Both the position numbers and the translations under genes were made by a program. Positions 37,666 through 46,710 of a DNA stretch of 64,000 nt are shown one piece after another. The notes beneath the pieces are model-generated. The model saw only the letters and a program-made list of their open reading frames with translations. It ran no database searches and was not told where the DNA came from. Numbering within the stretch: the stretch's first letter is position 1; each line of letters begins with the position of its first letter. This DNA comes from Caenibius sp. (lineage in GTDB: Bacteria > Pseudomonadota > Alphaproteobacteria > Sphingomonadales > Sphingomonadaceae), in assembly GCA_030830695.1 (NCBI GenBank), contig JAURML010000026.1, positions 20,372-84,371 on the forward strand, read 5' to 3'.

Positions 37666-38479
37666 GTCCCGCCTCCATCCGCGTAAGCTGAGTTCGCCCC
37701 GGCGGCGGACCGTCGGACGGTGCACCAGCGAAACACTGCGCGATCTCCATCCAGTGGCGCGCACCGTCACCGGTCACGGACAGGGCCGTATCGGCAAGGT
37801 TGCGCCGCTGGGTAACGATTGCGGCGAAATCCTCGGCCGGACCGGAAATGTAGCCTCCTGTCGCGCCCTCATTCCATAGCCACTGATCCCCTGAAGGGGC
37901 CATGAGCGCCACCTCCGGCGGGGCGGTCGGAACGGTCAGCCCGCGATTTGAAAAGCTCCAGCCGAACGTTCGGACACCCAATTCGCAGATATTGCGAATT
38001 CGGTCGGCATTTCGCCGGTGCTCGCCCAAAAGATCGTAAAGGTCTTGCCCGTGAGCCCAGACCTCCATCTGCCGCGCCGAAGAGGCAGAGACAATGCTCA
38101 TATCCGGGCCGAACCACTTCATCCGCGCCTTCGGGTCGCAAGCGGCCAGGCGCGCAGCCAGGGCTTCGAAACCGCTTTGCCAGCGGGCTACCAGCCCATC
38201 GCGATCAAGCCCGGCATAGCGTTCGCGCATGAACTGGCTGAGTTCGCCGATGTCGCGCTGATAGACACGTATTTCGGCCAGCAGATCGAGAAAGCCAGCC
38301 TCGTCCTCGATCGAAAGCAATGTGATCTCATCGAGGAACATCAGGTGCATCACCTCGTCCCGCACAGTCCAGCCATAAAAATCGGTCACCCGTGCGAAAG
38401 TGGCGGCATCCAGCCGGTTGACCAGCCTGTCGAGCGCGAGGCATTCTTCGAGAAAGGCCTGCCCCGGCAAGTCAGACAT
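37655..38479 (-). CDS. DinB/maleylpyruvate-isomerase-N-like (TIGR03084-type) protein of unknown function
   Basis: 'FARVTDFYGWTVRDEVMHLMFLDE' resembles the metal-binding N-terminal domain of that family. About 274 aa, GC3-rich. Start is ATG 38479 or GTG 38488. Confidence 0.5.
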   Translation of the reverse strand: MSDLPGQAFLEECLALDRLVNRLDAATFARVTDFYGWTVRDEVMHLMFLDEITLLSIEDEAGFLDLLAEIRVYQRDIGELSQFMRERYAGLDRDGLVARWQSGFEALAARLAACDPKARMKWFGPDMSIVSASSARQMEVWAHGQDLYDLLGEHRRNADRIRNICELGVRTFGWSFSNRGLTVPTAPPEVALMAPSGDQWLWNEGATGGYISGPAEDFAAIVTQRRNLADTALSVTGDGARHWMEIAQCFAGAPSDGPPPGRTQLTRMEAGHAV

Positions 38480-39971
38480 GGCCGTCACTCAACATGTCCT
38501 TCAGGGCTGGCAGACTGACCTTCATCGAGGGCGTGCGCGGCAGTTCATCGACCGCGCGAATTACAGCGGGAACCTGATATGGCATGAGCTGCTCGCGCAG
38601 CCACGCCTTCATCTCATCTTCGGCTGGAGCCACAGCTCCGGAACGGACGATATAGGCCGCCGCTGGTACGGCGCCGAGTCGGCGATCCGGCAGACCGACG
38701 ACCGCAGCCTCAAGTACGGCCGGATGCTCTTGCAACGCCTTGACAACATCATCCGGCAACACCTTGAATCCACCGCGAATAATCGCGTTGTCCGCCCGCC
38801 CTTTGATGTAGAGGAACCCATCGGCGTCGACGATCGCAAGGTCGGTCGTCCGCACCCAATCGGTGCCATTGCCGATATTGGGTGCGCGAATCTCCAACAA
38901 GCCGACATTCCCGGCAGCCAGTACGTCGCGGGTTTCCGGATCGACGGTGCGTGCCTCCGTATTGCGATTCAGCCGTCCCACGCTGCCGCGCTTGGCTTTC
39001 CAGTGGGCCTTGAAATCGTCAAGAGTCCATCCTGCGGCGCCGCCTGCGAATTCCGTGGCGCCATAGTTCTGAAGCACCGGGATGCCGTACTTTTCATAGA
39101 AGGCATCAGCCAAATCGGGATCGAGCGGCGCAGTTCCGGTGCGGTAAGCGACCAGGCTCGACAGGTCTTCGGCCGGCACATTGGCATCAAGGATCATGCG
39201 CAGCGCCGATGGCGGCGCGCCCGCCACCTTGGGCCGATGTCGAGCCACGGCATCGCGAAAGCCTTCGACCGAGAATTTTTCCAGCAGGCAGATCTTCCGC
39301 CCCGCCAGCAGGTTGTTCATTACCCCGGTGATCCCGGCGATGTGCGCCATCGGCGCGGTAACCAGCGAAACCCCGCCGCGCAGGCGCATCGGCGCGCCTT
39401 CATCGCGGCCCTTCTCATAGGATGCGGCCGACAGCAGCGCCTTTTCGAAATTGCGAGCCGGCAGCGGAATGCGCTTCGGCGCACCGGTGGTACCGCTGGA
39501 CAGCATCTCGATCGCAATGCCTGGAGCTGCGGGAGCCACCACCCTATCCGGGTCGCCGTCGTGCAGGATGCGCGAGGCACCGTCGATCGCAATGCAGGTC
39601 GCATAGGCACCGGCTGCAGCGTCAATCAGCCCTGGGCGGGCCCAGTCTTCGGACAAGCCGAGAATTACCGGGGCGCCCACTTGGCCAAGATCCTGTGTCA
39701 GCTTGTCGTCCGGCGCGGCGGCGTTAAGTGTAGCTAGGCAGCGTTCGCTCATCAGCAACGACAGCAGGGCCGCAACCATCGCGGGCCGATTGCGCAGCAG
39801 GACAGCAACCCGCGCGCCCTGTGGCAGGTGAAGCCTATCCAGCAAGACCCCGATCTCGCTTGCTTGTTGCGCCAAATCCGCCCAGCTCAACCAGATCTTT
39901 TCGAATTCAAGCGCGGGAGCCGGAGGATCGATCGCCACCACATCCCTGATCATGGTCGATAGACTGCCCAT
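38472..39971 (-). CDS. Class I adenylate-forming enzyme / acyl-CoA synthetase (paralog of 11833..13356)
   Basis: 'MLSSGTTGAPKR', 'YGATEFAGG', 'DGFLYIKGRADNAIIRGGFKV'. Start at 'MGSLSTMIRD' (39971). Confidence 0.85.
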   Translation of the reverse strand: MGSLSTMIRDVVAIDPPAPALEFEKIWLSWADLAQQASEIGVLLDRLHLPQGARVAVLLRNRPAMVAALLSLLMSERCLATLNAAAPDDKLTQDLGQVGAPVILGLSEDWARPGLIDAAAGAYATCIAIDGASRILHDGDPDRVVAPAAPGIAIEMLSSGTTGAPKRIPLPARNFEKALLSAASYEKGRDEGAPMRLRGGVSLVTAPMAHIAGITGVMNNLLAGRKICLLEKFSVEGFRDAVARHRPKVAGAPPSALRMILDANVPAEDLSSLVAYRTGTAPLDPDLADAFYEKYGIPVLQNYGATEFAGGAAGWTLDDFKAHWKAKRGSVGRLNRNTEARTVDPETRDVLAAGNVGLLEIRAPNIGNGTDWVRTTDLAIVDADGFLYIKGRADNAIIRGGFKVLPDDVVKALQEHPAVLEAAVVGLPDRRLGAVPAAAYIVRSGAVAPAEDEMKAWLREQLMPYQVPAVIRAVDELPRTPSMKVSLPALKDMLSDGHV

Positions 39972-40183
39972 ATGCTTCGCCTGAACCCTCGCCTGTTGCC
40001 TACGCCGACGGCTCCCCACCGGCGACCTCATCGAGCAGACCCTTTGCCAGCGATTCTCAGGATGATCAATTGCTATAACTGTATTTGCGCGCTAAATGTA
40101 GCAGAGTGCCTAGGCGGAGCTCGGCCAATGGCGGAATTGCAGGTAAAAGGACCGTTCATCCGGCAGGAGAGGTGACAAGTACA

Positions 40184-41515
40184 ATGAGTGATGCGCACAT
40201 CGATTCGGCCCGACCTGACTTTCTGCCGGCCGCAGACTATCGCGATCCGGCGCGTCACCGGGCAGAACTTGACCGTCTCTGGCCGCGCGTATGGCAGATG
40301 GCCTGCCGTGAATCCGATCTCGCCCATGTCGGCGCATTCGTGCGCTACGATATTGTCGATGACAGCATTCTGGTGGTGAAGACCGGCGATGGTGCAGACG
40401 ATGTCGTGGCCTACTACAACGTCTGCCAGCACCGCGGTCGTCGCCTGAAGGAAGACTGGAGCGGAACGATCTCCACGACACTGGCCTGCCGATTCCATGG
40501 CTGGCAGTGGCATATCAACGGCGACCTCCACAGCGTCTATGTTCCCGAGGACTGGGACGGCTGCCCCGAGATGGACTCCGCCTCGCTGGGTCTGCCGAAG
40601 GTAAAAGTGGGGCGCTGGGGCGGCTGGGTCTGGATCAACCAGGACCCGGATTGCGAACCTCTCGCGGACTACCTGGGCAGCGTGCCGCAGTTTCTTGATC
40701 CGTTCGAGCCGGAAAACATGCGTCCGCTGTGGTGGAAGACTATCATCGCGCCGGTCAACTGGAAGATCGTGATAGAGGCCTTCAACGAAGGCTACCACAG
40801 CTGGGCAACCCATGCGTCCGGGGTTAACTACCGCAATTCTCGCTCGCCGGGCATCGCCCACGGGCTCCATTCGATGTTCTATTCCGAATCTGTCGGCCCC
40901 GGAGAATTCAAGGACCCCCTGGGCAAGTGGCGCCTGCCCAAGTCGACTCAGGAATATATCTGGGCGAACAACAACCACCTTTTCAACACGCTGGGCGCGT
41001 TAGCACTGGAGCCGGGCATGGCGGCCAATAACCGCCTGCTCGAACTGCCCGCCGACACACCTTCGGGCGAAGTCGTGGCGACCATGTTCCGCTTCTATGC
41101 CGAAGAGTTCGAGAAGCGCGGAGTCACCTTCCCTCCGAACCTGACAATCGAGAACTGGGCCAAGGCGGGGACCGACTGGCACATCTTCCCGCACAGCATC
41201 TGCCTGCCCTCGCTGGACGGGGCATTGTGGTATCGCCTGCGCCCGAACGGCCATGATCCCGACAGTTGCATCTTCGATATCTGGTCGCTAGGCCGGTTCA
41301 AGCCGGGTGCAGAACCCAAGGTGGTGAACGATATCTATGAAGGCTTCGATGCCTTCCGCGGCCAATGCGCCTTCCTCGAGGAGGACTTCGCCAACATGGA
41401 AGCCGTGCACCAGGGCGTGAAAAGCCGGGGCTTCCGGGGCGCGCGGACCAACCCACGTCAGGAAGTCCCTGTCATCAATTTCCACCGCGCACTCGCCGAA
41501 TTCACCAGATCTTGA
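40184..41515 (+). CDS. Rieske non-heme-iron oxygenase alpha subunit (paralog of 15930..17252)
   Basis: 'CQHRGRRL..CRFHGW' and 'FNEGYHSWATH'. Start 'MSDAHIDS' sits behind GGAGAG. Confidence 0.85.
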   Translation: MSDAHIDSARPDFLPAADYRDPARHRAELDRLWPRVWQMACRESDLAHVGAFVRYDIVDDSILVVKTGDGADDVVAYYNVCQHRGRRLKEDWSGTISTTLACRFHGWQWHINGDLHSVYVPEDWDGCPEMDSASLGLPKVKVGRWGGWVWINQDPDCEPLADYLGSVPQFLDPFEPENMRPLWWKTIIAPVNWKIVIEAFNEGYHSWATHASGVNYRNSRSPGIAHGLHSMFYSESVGPGEFKDPLGKWRLPKSTQEYIWANNNHLFNTLGALALEPGMAANNRLLELPADTPSGEVVATMFRFYAEEFEKRGVTFPPNLTIENWAKAGTDWHIFPHSICLPSLDGALWYRLRPNGHDPDSCIFDIWSLGRFKPGAEPKVVNDIYEGFDAFRGQCAFLEEDFANMEAVHQGVKSRGFRGARTNPRQEVPVINFHRALAEFTRS

Positions 41516-41563
41516 AACACCAGCGGCAACGCCCGCAGCGTTTTCCGAGTTAGAGGAACAGCC

Positions 41564-42439
41564 ATGCCCTTCCCGTCAGACATCCGGGCCATCGACCTGA
41601 TGGTCAACATCCCGACCGACGAACACAACGAAGGCGGCTATTCAGGCTTTCGCCCACTTCTGCGTGACAAGGAAAGCCTCGATGCGTTCCATATGCCGGC
41701 GCAGTACATGTTTCGCAACATTCCCTCGCTGGGTTCGGACAGCCGCGAATATGTCGGTGCGATCATCGCCGAGATGGACAAGTGGGGCGTCGAAACTGCC
41801 CTGATCCCGGTCAACGACGCGATTCGCCATCCCGAGACCATGACCCGCTATCCCGGCCGCTTCATCACCCAGACTTCGATCAACCCATCGGGCGGCATGG
41901 AGGAAATCCGTCGTATCCGCGAGTTGCACCGCGAGCACGGCCTGCGCGCGCTGACCTATTTCCCCGCAGCCTCATTCCCGCAGGTGCCGATCGACGGCAA
42001 GGAAATGTACCCCCTCTATGCGCTGTGCTGCGATCTGGACTTGCCGATCCTGATCAACGTCGGCGTGCCCGGCCCGCGCGTACCGATGGCGACCCAGAAG
42101 GTCGAACTGATCGACGAGGTTTGCTGGTTCTTCCCCGAACTCAAGCTGATCATGCGCCACGGCGCCGAACCCTGGGTCGATCTGGCGGTCAAGCTGATGC
42201 TGAAGTACCCGAACCTCTACTACGCGCCCAGCGCTTTCGCACCCAAGCATTATCCCAAAGCGATCATCGATTTCGCCAATACGCGCGGATCAGACAAGAT
42301 CATGTACGCCGGCTATTTCCCGGCCGGCCTTTCGTTGGAACGGATATTCACCGAATTGCGCGCGGTGCCCTTCAAGGACGAAGTCTGGCCCAAGTTCCTG
42401 CGTGGCAATGCAGCCCGCGTGCTGGGCCTGCCAGCCTGA
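41564..42439 (+). CDS. Amidohydrolase_2 family protein (291 aa)
   Basis: TIM-barrel hydrolase-like, with 'LKLIMRHGAEPW' and 'DKIMYAGYFP'. Lies 48 nt downstream of the Rieske gene. The family call is moderately confident. Confidence 0.7.
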   Translation: MPFPSDIRAIDLMVNIPTDEHNEGGYSGFRPLLRDKESLDAFHMPAQYMFRNIPSLGSDSREYVGAIIAEMDKWGVETALIPVNDAIRHPETMTRYPGRFITQTSINPSGGMEEIRRIRELHREHGLRALTYFPAASFPQVPIDGKEMYPLYALCCDLDLPILINVGVPGPRVPMATQKVELIDEVCWFFPELKLIMRHGAEPWVDLAVKLMLKYPNLYYAPSAFAPKHYPKAIIDFANTRGSDKIMYAGYFPAGLSLERIFTELRAVPFKDEVWPKFLRGNAARVLGLPA

Positions 42440-42471
42440 ACCGTCCTACTTCTGCAAACAAAGGACATCCC

Positions 42472-43263
42472 ATGTCAGAACCCGCAACAGACCCCGTCGT
42501 CATGTTCCAGATGATCGAGCCGCATATCGCGCTGGTCACGCTCAATCGCCCGGAAAAGCGCAATGCGATCAATGGCGACGTGGCCAAGGCGATAGACGCC
42601 ATCGTGAAGAAGACCGAAGCCGATCCCGATGTCCGCGCCGTGATCCTGACGTCTTGCGACGACCGCGTCTTCTGCGCGGGGGCTGACCTTGCCGCCTTGG
42701 CACAAGGCGGCGGGTCGGTGCTAGAAACGCCTCAAGGCGGCTTTGCTGGTCTGGTCTATGCCAATCGCATGAAGCCGTGGATTGCCGTCGTCGAGGGCAA
42801 GGCACTCGCGGGCGGATTCGAGCTATGCTTGGCCTGCGACATGATCGTTGCCTCCAACGCCGCGATGTTCGGACTGCCGGAAGTTTCGCGCGGCCTGATC
42901 GCCGCTGGCGGCGGTCTTGGCCGTCTTGCGCGCAGAATGCCGACCGCGATCGCAAGCGAAATCATCGCCACCGGCGCCAGCTTCGGTGCCCAGCGTGCGC
43001 TTGCCTTTGGTCTGATCAACCGCATCGCCGAGCCAGGCCAGGCCCTTGCCGCAGCCCGCGAGCTGGCCCGGCAGATCGTCCCCAATGCGCCGCTTGCGGT
43101 GCAGTATTCGCTGGCCGCGGCGCGCACTGCATCGGCTTTGCCCGATGGCGCGGGCCGCACAGTCGTGAACGAATGGATAGCTCTTTTGATGAAAACCGAA
43201 GATTTCCACGAAGGCCCGCAGGCCTTCGTCGAGAAGCGCGAGCCGGTCTGGAAGGGTCGCTAG
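42472..43263 (+). CDS. Enoyl-CoA hydratase/isomerase (crotonase fold)
   Basis: 'VTLNRPEKRNAI', 'VFCAGADL', 'GKALAGGFELCLACDMIVAS'. It is the last 263 codons of ORF 41782..43263. Confidence 0.85.
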   Translation: MSEPATDPVVMFQMIEPHIALVTLNRPEKRNAINGDVAKAIDAIVKKTEADPDVRAVILTSCDDRVFCAGADLAALAQGGGSVLETPQGGFAGLVYANRMKPWIAVVEGKALAGGFELCLACDMIVASNAAMFGLPEVSRGLIAAGGGLGRLARRMPTAIASEIIATGASFGAQRALAFGLINRIAEPGQALAAARELARQIVPNAPLAVQYSLAAARTASALPDGAGRTVVNEWIALLMKTEDFHEGPQAFVEKREPVWKGR

Positions 43264-43275
43264 CTCGGCATTCGA

Positions 43276-43297
43276 GGGCGGACGCAAGCGCCCGCCC
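43276..43297. terminator. GC-rich hairpin between convergent genes (possible terminator)
   Basis: GGGCGG-N10-CCGCCC, read from the sequence between the crotonase (+) and the SDR (-). There is no clear U-tract. Confidence 0.3.
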
Positions 43298-43309
43298 CAT
43301 ATCAGGTAC

Positions 43310-44089
43310 TTACTTGGCCGAGAAGCGCACCCCGGCATCCAGCCGGATCGACTGGGCATTCATGTAGCCGTTGCGGCACAATTCCATCGCGAGGCTTGCA
43401 TATTCTTCAGGTTCACCGAAACGGTTCGGGAATGCGGTCATCGCGCAAAGCCGGTCGCGCATTTCCTGCGGCGCACCGTTCATCAGCGGGGTGCCAAAGA
43501 TACCTGGCAGGATCGTGTTGACGCGGATGCCGAAGCGCGAAAGATCCCGTGCGATCGGCAAGGTCATGCCCGAAATCGCGGCCTTGCCGGCTGCATAGGC
43601 GGCCTGACCCATCTGCCCGTCCTGCGCCGCGACTGATGCCGTGCAGACAATCGCGCCGCGCTCGCCGTCGACAGGGTCAAGCGTGGCTGCACCGGCAGCA
43701 AAGCGTGTGATCGTCGCGAAAGTGCCTACCGCGTTCAGCGCCACAACCCGCGCGAAATCGGCGGTCGGAAAAATGTTGATCGCACCGGTTTCGCGGTCCT
43801 TGCGCAGGGTCGCCTTGGCATTGCCGCCGCCCGCACAGGACACCAGGATGCGCTCCTGCCCATTGGCCGCACGCGCTTTGGCAAAGGCCACATCAAGGCT
43901 TTCATCCGAAAGGACATCCGCCTGACAGAAAAGTGCGCCGGTTTCGGCAGCAGCGGCTTCGCCTGCCTGAGGATTGAGATCAAAGATTGCTACCTTGGCG
44001 CCAACTGCGCGAAGGGCCTTCACCGTAGCCAGGCCGAGACCAGAGGCTCCGCCGGTGACTACTGCAGAAACAGAGGAATCTATCTTCAT
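43310..44089 (-). CDS. SDR, HSD17B10-like 3-hydroxyacyl-CoA dehydrogenase type
   Basis: 'SAVVTGGASGLGLATVKALRAVGAKVAIFDL' resembles the type-2 3-hydroxyacyl-CoA dehydrogenase N-terminus. 'YAAGKAAI' (YxxxK). Start at 44089 (AAGGAA 6 nt upstream) or 44095. Confidence 0.85.
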   Translation of the reverse strand: MKIDSSVSAVVTGGASGLGLATVKALRAVGAKVAIFDLNPQAGEAAAAETGALFCQADVLSDESLDVAFAKARAANGQERILVSCAGGGNAKATLRKDRETGAINIFPTADFARVVALNAVGTFATITRFAAGAATLDPVDGERGAIVCTASVAAQDGQMGQAAYAAGKAAISGMTLPIARDLSRFGIRVNTILPGIFGTPLMNGAPQEMRDRLCAMTAFPNRFGEPEEYASLAMELCRNGYMNAQSIRLDAGVRFSAK

Positions 44090-44134
44090 TGCCATTTCCT
44101 TTAGTTGAATTAACGCAAGCCTCATTGCACCACT

Positions 44135-44152
44135 GCATTGCTCTTGCAATGC
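44135..44152. promoter_or_regulatory. Palindrome GCATTGC-N4-GCAATGC upstream of the SDR gene (candidate operator or RNA hairpin)
   Basis: Read from the sequence, inside the 400-bp non-coding spacer. A tandem TTTGCAGGTTTGCAGG lies at 44208..44223. Confidence 0.2.
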
Positions 44153-44495
44153 CGGAGAGTGTCCAGAGGATCAAAAACGGATCGAATTGGCAAAGGATCA
44201 ACGGGAATTTGCAGGTTTGCAGGAAAGTGTGCTGTGGTCAGGGGCGGATCGGTTGGATTTGACGCAACAATATTGGCGCGCATGGTCTCAAAAAGCGCTC
44301 GGGTTGCCTTCATCCAGAGTCAGCATTGCGTCCTCGGAACTCACCACGCCCCGGAGCATTGTCGATAACGGTGCGAACCGAGGTAGCGAGACAATTTCCG
44401 TCCGATATATTCGTCATCCTGCCGCCTCGAAGGTGCGGTTAATGGGTCCTGACCCTATCGTAAACGCCAGTAAAAAACTGCCGCTTTGCACCGAT

Positions 44496-45383
44496 TCACG
44501 GCTCGGCACCCGCGGCAGTGGCGGCGGCTACGTGCATGGCAGTCTGTTCACGCACAGTCTGCGGCACCACCGAATGCTCGCGCGCCTCGACCTCGGCAAA
44601 ACGGGCAGAGAGCGTGGCGGCAACATCGCCTTCCGGCGCAATGTAAATCCCCGGCGTCAGGGTGACGTGTCCAGCCGCGAACGAGCTACCGCCAGCGCAA
44701 AGGATGGCACGGCTGGGCGCTTCGGCAGAAGCAAGGAAGACCACGCCAGGCGAGACCAACTCGGGCCGCACGAAGCTGAGCATTTCGGGGGGCATCACGT
44801 TCTCGGTCATGGCCGTGGCGGCAACGGGCACCAGCACATTGCAGCGGATGTCGTACTTTGCACCTTCGATCCCGAGGCTCTGCATCAGGCCAACCACGCC
44901 CATCTTGGCCGCGCCGTAATTGCTCTGGCCGAAATTGCCAAACAGACCGCTGCCCGATGCGGTGAAAATCACTCGCCCGAACTGCTGCGCCACCATATGC
45001 GGCCAGACCGCCTTGGTGCAGATGAAGCTGCCGATCAGATGCACTTCCAGCACTGCGCGAAAATCAGCCAGTTCCATCTTGGCGAAGCTTTTGTCGCGTA
45101 AGATGCCAGCGTTGTTGACGAGGATATCGATCCGCCCCCAGGTTTCCAGCGTGCGCCCGACCATCGCGGCCACCGCCGCTTCATCTGATACCGATGCCGC
45201 ATAGCCAATAGCCGCTCCGCCTGAGGCCTCGATTTCCGCCGCTACAGCATTGGCCGCTTCGGCGTTCATGTCGTTGACGACCACCTTCGCTCCGGCTGCC
45301 GCCAGCGCCAGCGCATGGGCTCTACCCAAACCGGCTCCGGCCCCAGTGACGATCGCGACGCGTCCTTCGCAGTGCTGTGTCAT
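44496..45383 (-). CDS. SDR, MFE-2/HSD17B4-like (3R)-hydroxyacyl-CoA dehydrogenase type
   Basis: 'GRVAIVTGAGAGLGRAHALALAAAGAKVVVND' closely resembles the HSD17B4 dehydrogenase-domain N-terminus. 'YGAAKMGV' (YxxxK). Start 'MTQHCEGR' lies 1 nt after the ACAD stop. Confidence 0.85.
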   Translation of the reverse strand: MTQHCEGRVAIVTGAGAGLGRAHALALAAAGAKVVVNDMNAEAANAVAAEIEASGGAAIGYAASVSDEAAVAAMVGRTLETWGRIDILVNNAGILRDKSFAKMELADFRAVLEVHLIGSFICTKAVWPHMVAQQFGRVIFTASGSGLFGNFGQSNYGAAKMGVVGLMQSLGIEGAKYDIRCNVLVPVAATAMTENVMPPEMLSFVRPELVSPGVVFLASAEAPSRAILCAGGSSFAAGHVTLTPGIYIAPEGDVAATLSARFAEVEAREHSVVPQTVREQTAMHVAAATAAGAEP

Positions 45384-45384
45384 C

Positions 45385-46545
45385 TCAATAGCTCTTTGGC
45401 AGGCCGAGCACACGCTCGCCGATGAAGTTGAAGATCATTTCGCGACTGACCGGCGCGATCCGGGCGATCATCGATTCGCGCATGTAGCGTTCGACATCAT
45501 ATTCCTTGGCATAGCCCATGCCACCATGGGTCATCACCGCAGTTTCGCAGGCGTGGAACCCGGCTTCGGCGCCGAGATATTTGGCCGCATTGGCAAAAGC
45601 GCCGCAATCCTCCCCGCGATCGTACATCTCGGCAGCATTGAAGGCCATCAGGTTCGCTGCCTCGAGCTCGGCCCAGGAGCGTGCCAGCGGGTGCTGGATG
45701 CCCTGATTCTGGCCGATCGGACGACCGAACACCACCCGGTCTTTGGCATATTGCGTCGCCTTGCGCAGCGCGGCACGTCCCAGACCGACCGATTCCGCAG
45801 CGAACAGCACGCGCTCGGGATTGAGCCCATGGAGCAAGTAGGTGAAGCCCTTGCCCTCTTCGCCAACAAGGTCTTCCTCACGCACCGGCAGGTCTTCGAT
45901 GAATACTGCGTTGGAATCAACTGCCTTGCGCCCCATCTTCGGGATGCGCTTGATCTCGCAATATTGGCGATCAAGATCAGTGTAAAACAGTGACAGCCCC
46001 TGGTGCGGCTTGGCGCACTGGTCACGTGGGGTGGTGCGCGCGATGATCAGTATCTTGTTGGCGTTCTGCGCGCCGCTTGTCCAGATCTTGCGGCCGTTGA
46101 TCACCCAGCCCTCGCCATTGCGGATGGCCTTGGTTTCGAGGCTTGCCGTATCGAGGCCGCTATTGGGCTCCGTCACCCCAAAACAGGCGCTATCCTCGCC
46201 GGAGATGATCCGAGGCAGGTGGGTGCCGCGCTGCACCTCGTTGCCGAATTTCACCAGCGGCATCAGGCCGAATATGTTGAGATGAATCGACGACGCGCCC
46301 GAAAAGCCCGCTCCGGATTCGGTGACCGCCTGCATCATGGTGGCAGCTTCGGTCAGCCCTAGCCCGGCCCCACCGACTTCCTCCGGCATGGCGATACCCA
46401 GCCAGCCGCCATCAGCCATGGCCTTGACAAATGCGTGCGGAAATTCGCCACTTTCGTCGGTTTGGCGCCAGTATTCATCATCGAAGTCACTGCAAACGCG
46501 AGATATGGCATCCCTAATCGAATCAAGTTGTTCGCTCTGACTCAT
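45385..46545 (-). CDS. Acyl-CoA dehydrogenase (stand-alone)
   Basis: 'GVTEPNSGLDTASLET' and 'HGGMGYAKEYDVERYMRE'. 386 aa. Confidence 0.9.
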   Translation of the reverse strand: MSQSEQLDSIRDAISRVCSDFDDEYWRQTDESGEFPHAFVKAMADGGWLGIAMPEEVGGAGLGLTEAATMMQAVTESGAGFSGASSIHLNIFGLMPLVKFGNEVQRGTHLPRIISGEDSACFGVTEPNSGLDTASLETKAIRNGEGWVINGRKIWTSGAQNANKILIIARTTPRDQCAKPHQGLSLFYTDLDRQYCEIKRIPKMGRKAVDSNAVFIEDLPVREEDLVGEEGKGFTYLLHGLNPERVLFAAESVGLGRAALRKATQYAKDRVVFGRPIGQNQGIQHPLARSWAELEAANLMAFNAAEMYDRGEDCGAFANAAKYLGAEAGFHACETAVMTHGGMGYAKEYDVERYMRESMIARIAPVSREMIFNFIGERVLGLPKSY

Positions 46546-46710
46546 CGCTTCACTGGTCCTTAGCTTGGTTGCCGCCCCGCCCTAGACACCGCGAAAAGCA
46601 GTGACAAGCATTAAAGCTATATCTGAATTGGCACACTAGACGGCCAGTTGCCCCTGCGCCACAATAGCCTAATGTTGGCCTGATCTTGCGCCACTAACGA
46701 CGGAAAAAAA

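Noticed and set aside
41782-43263. 493-aa ORF that looks like a single large protein
   Set aside because: The first 230 or so codons run out of frame across the amidohydrolase gene (41564..42439) and read as low-complexity Arg/Pro sequence. Only the part from the ATG at 42472 is crotonase-like.
44122-44368. Two overlapping short ORFs (63 aa minus strand, 76 aa plus strand) in the 400-bp spacer
   Set aside because: They have no RBS, poor codon bias, no motifs, and overlap each other on opposite strands. They are treated as non-coding.
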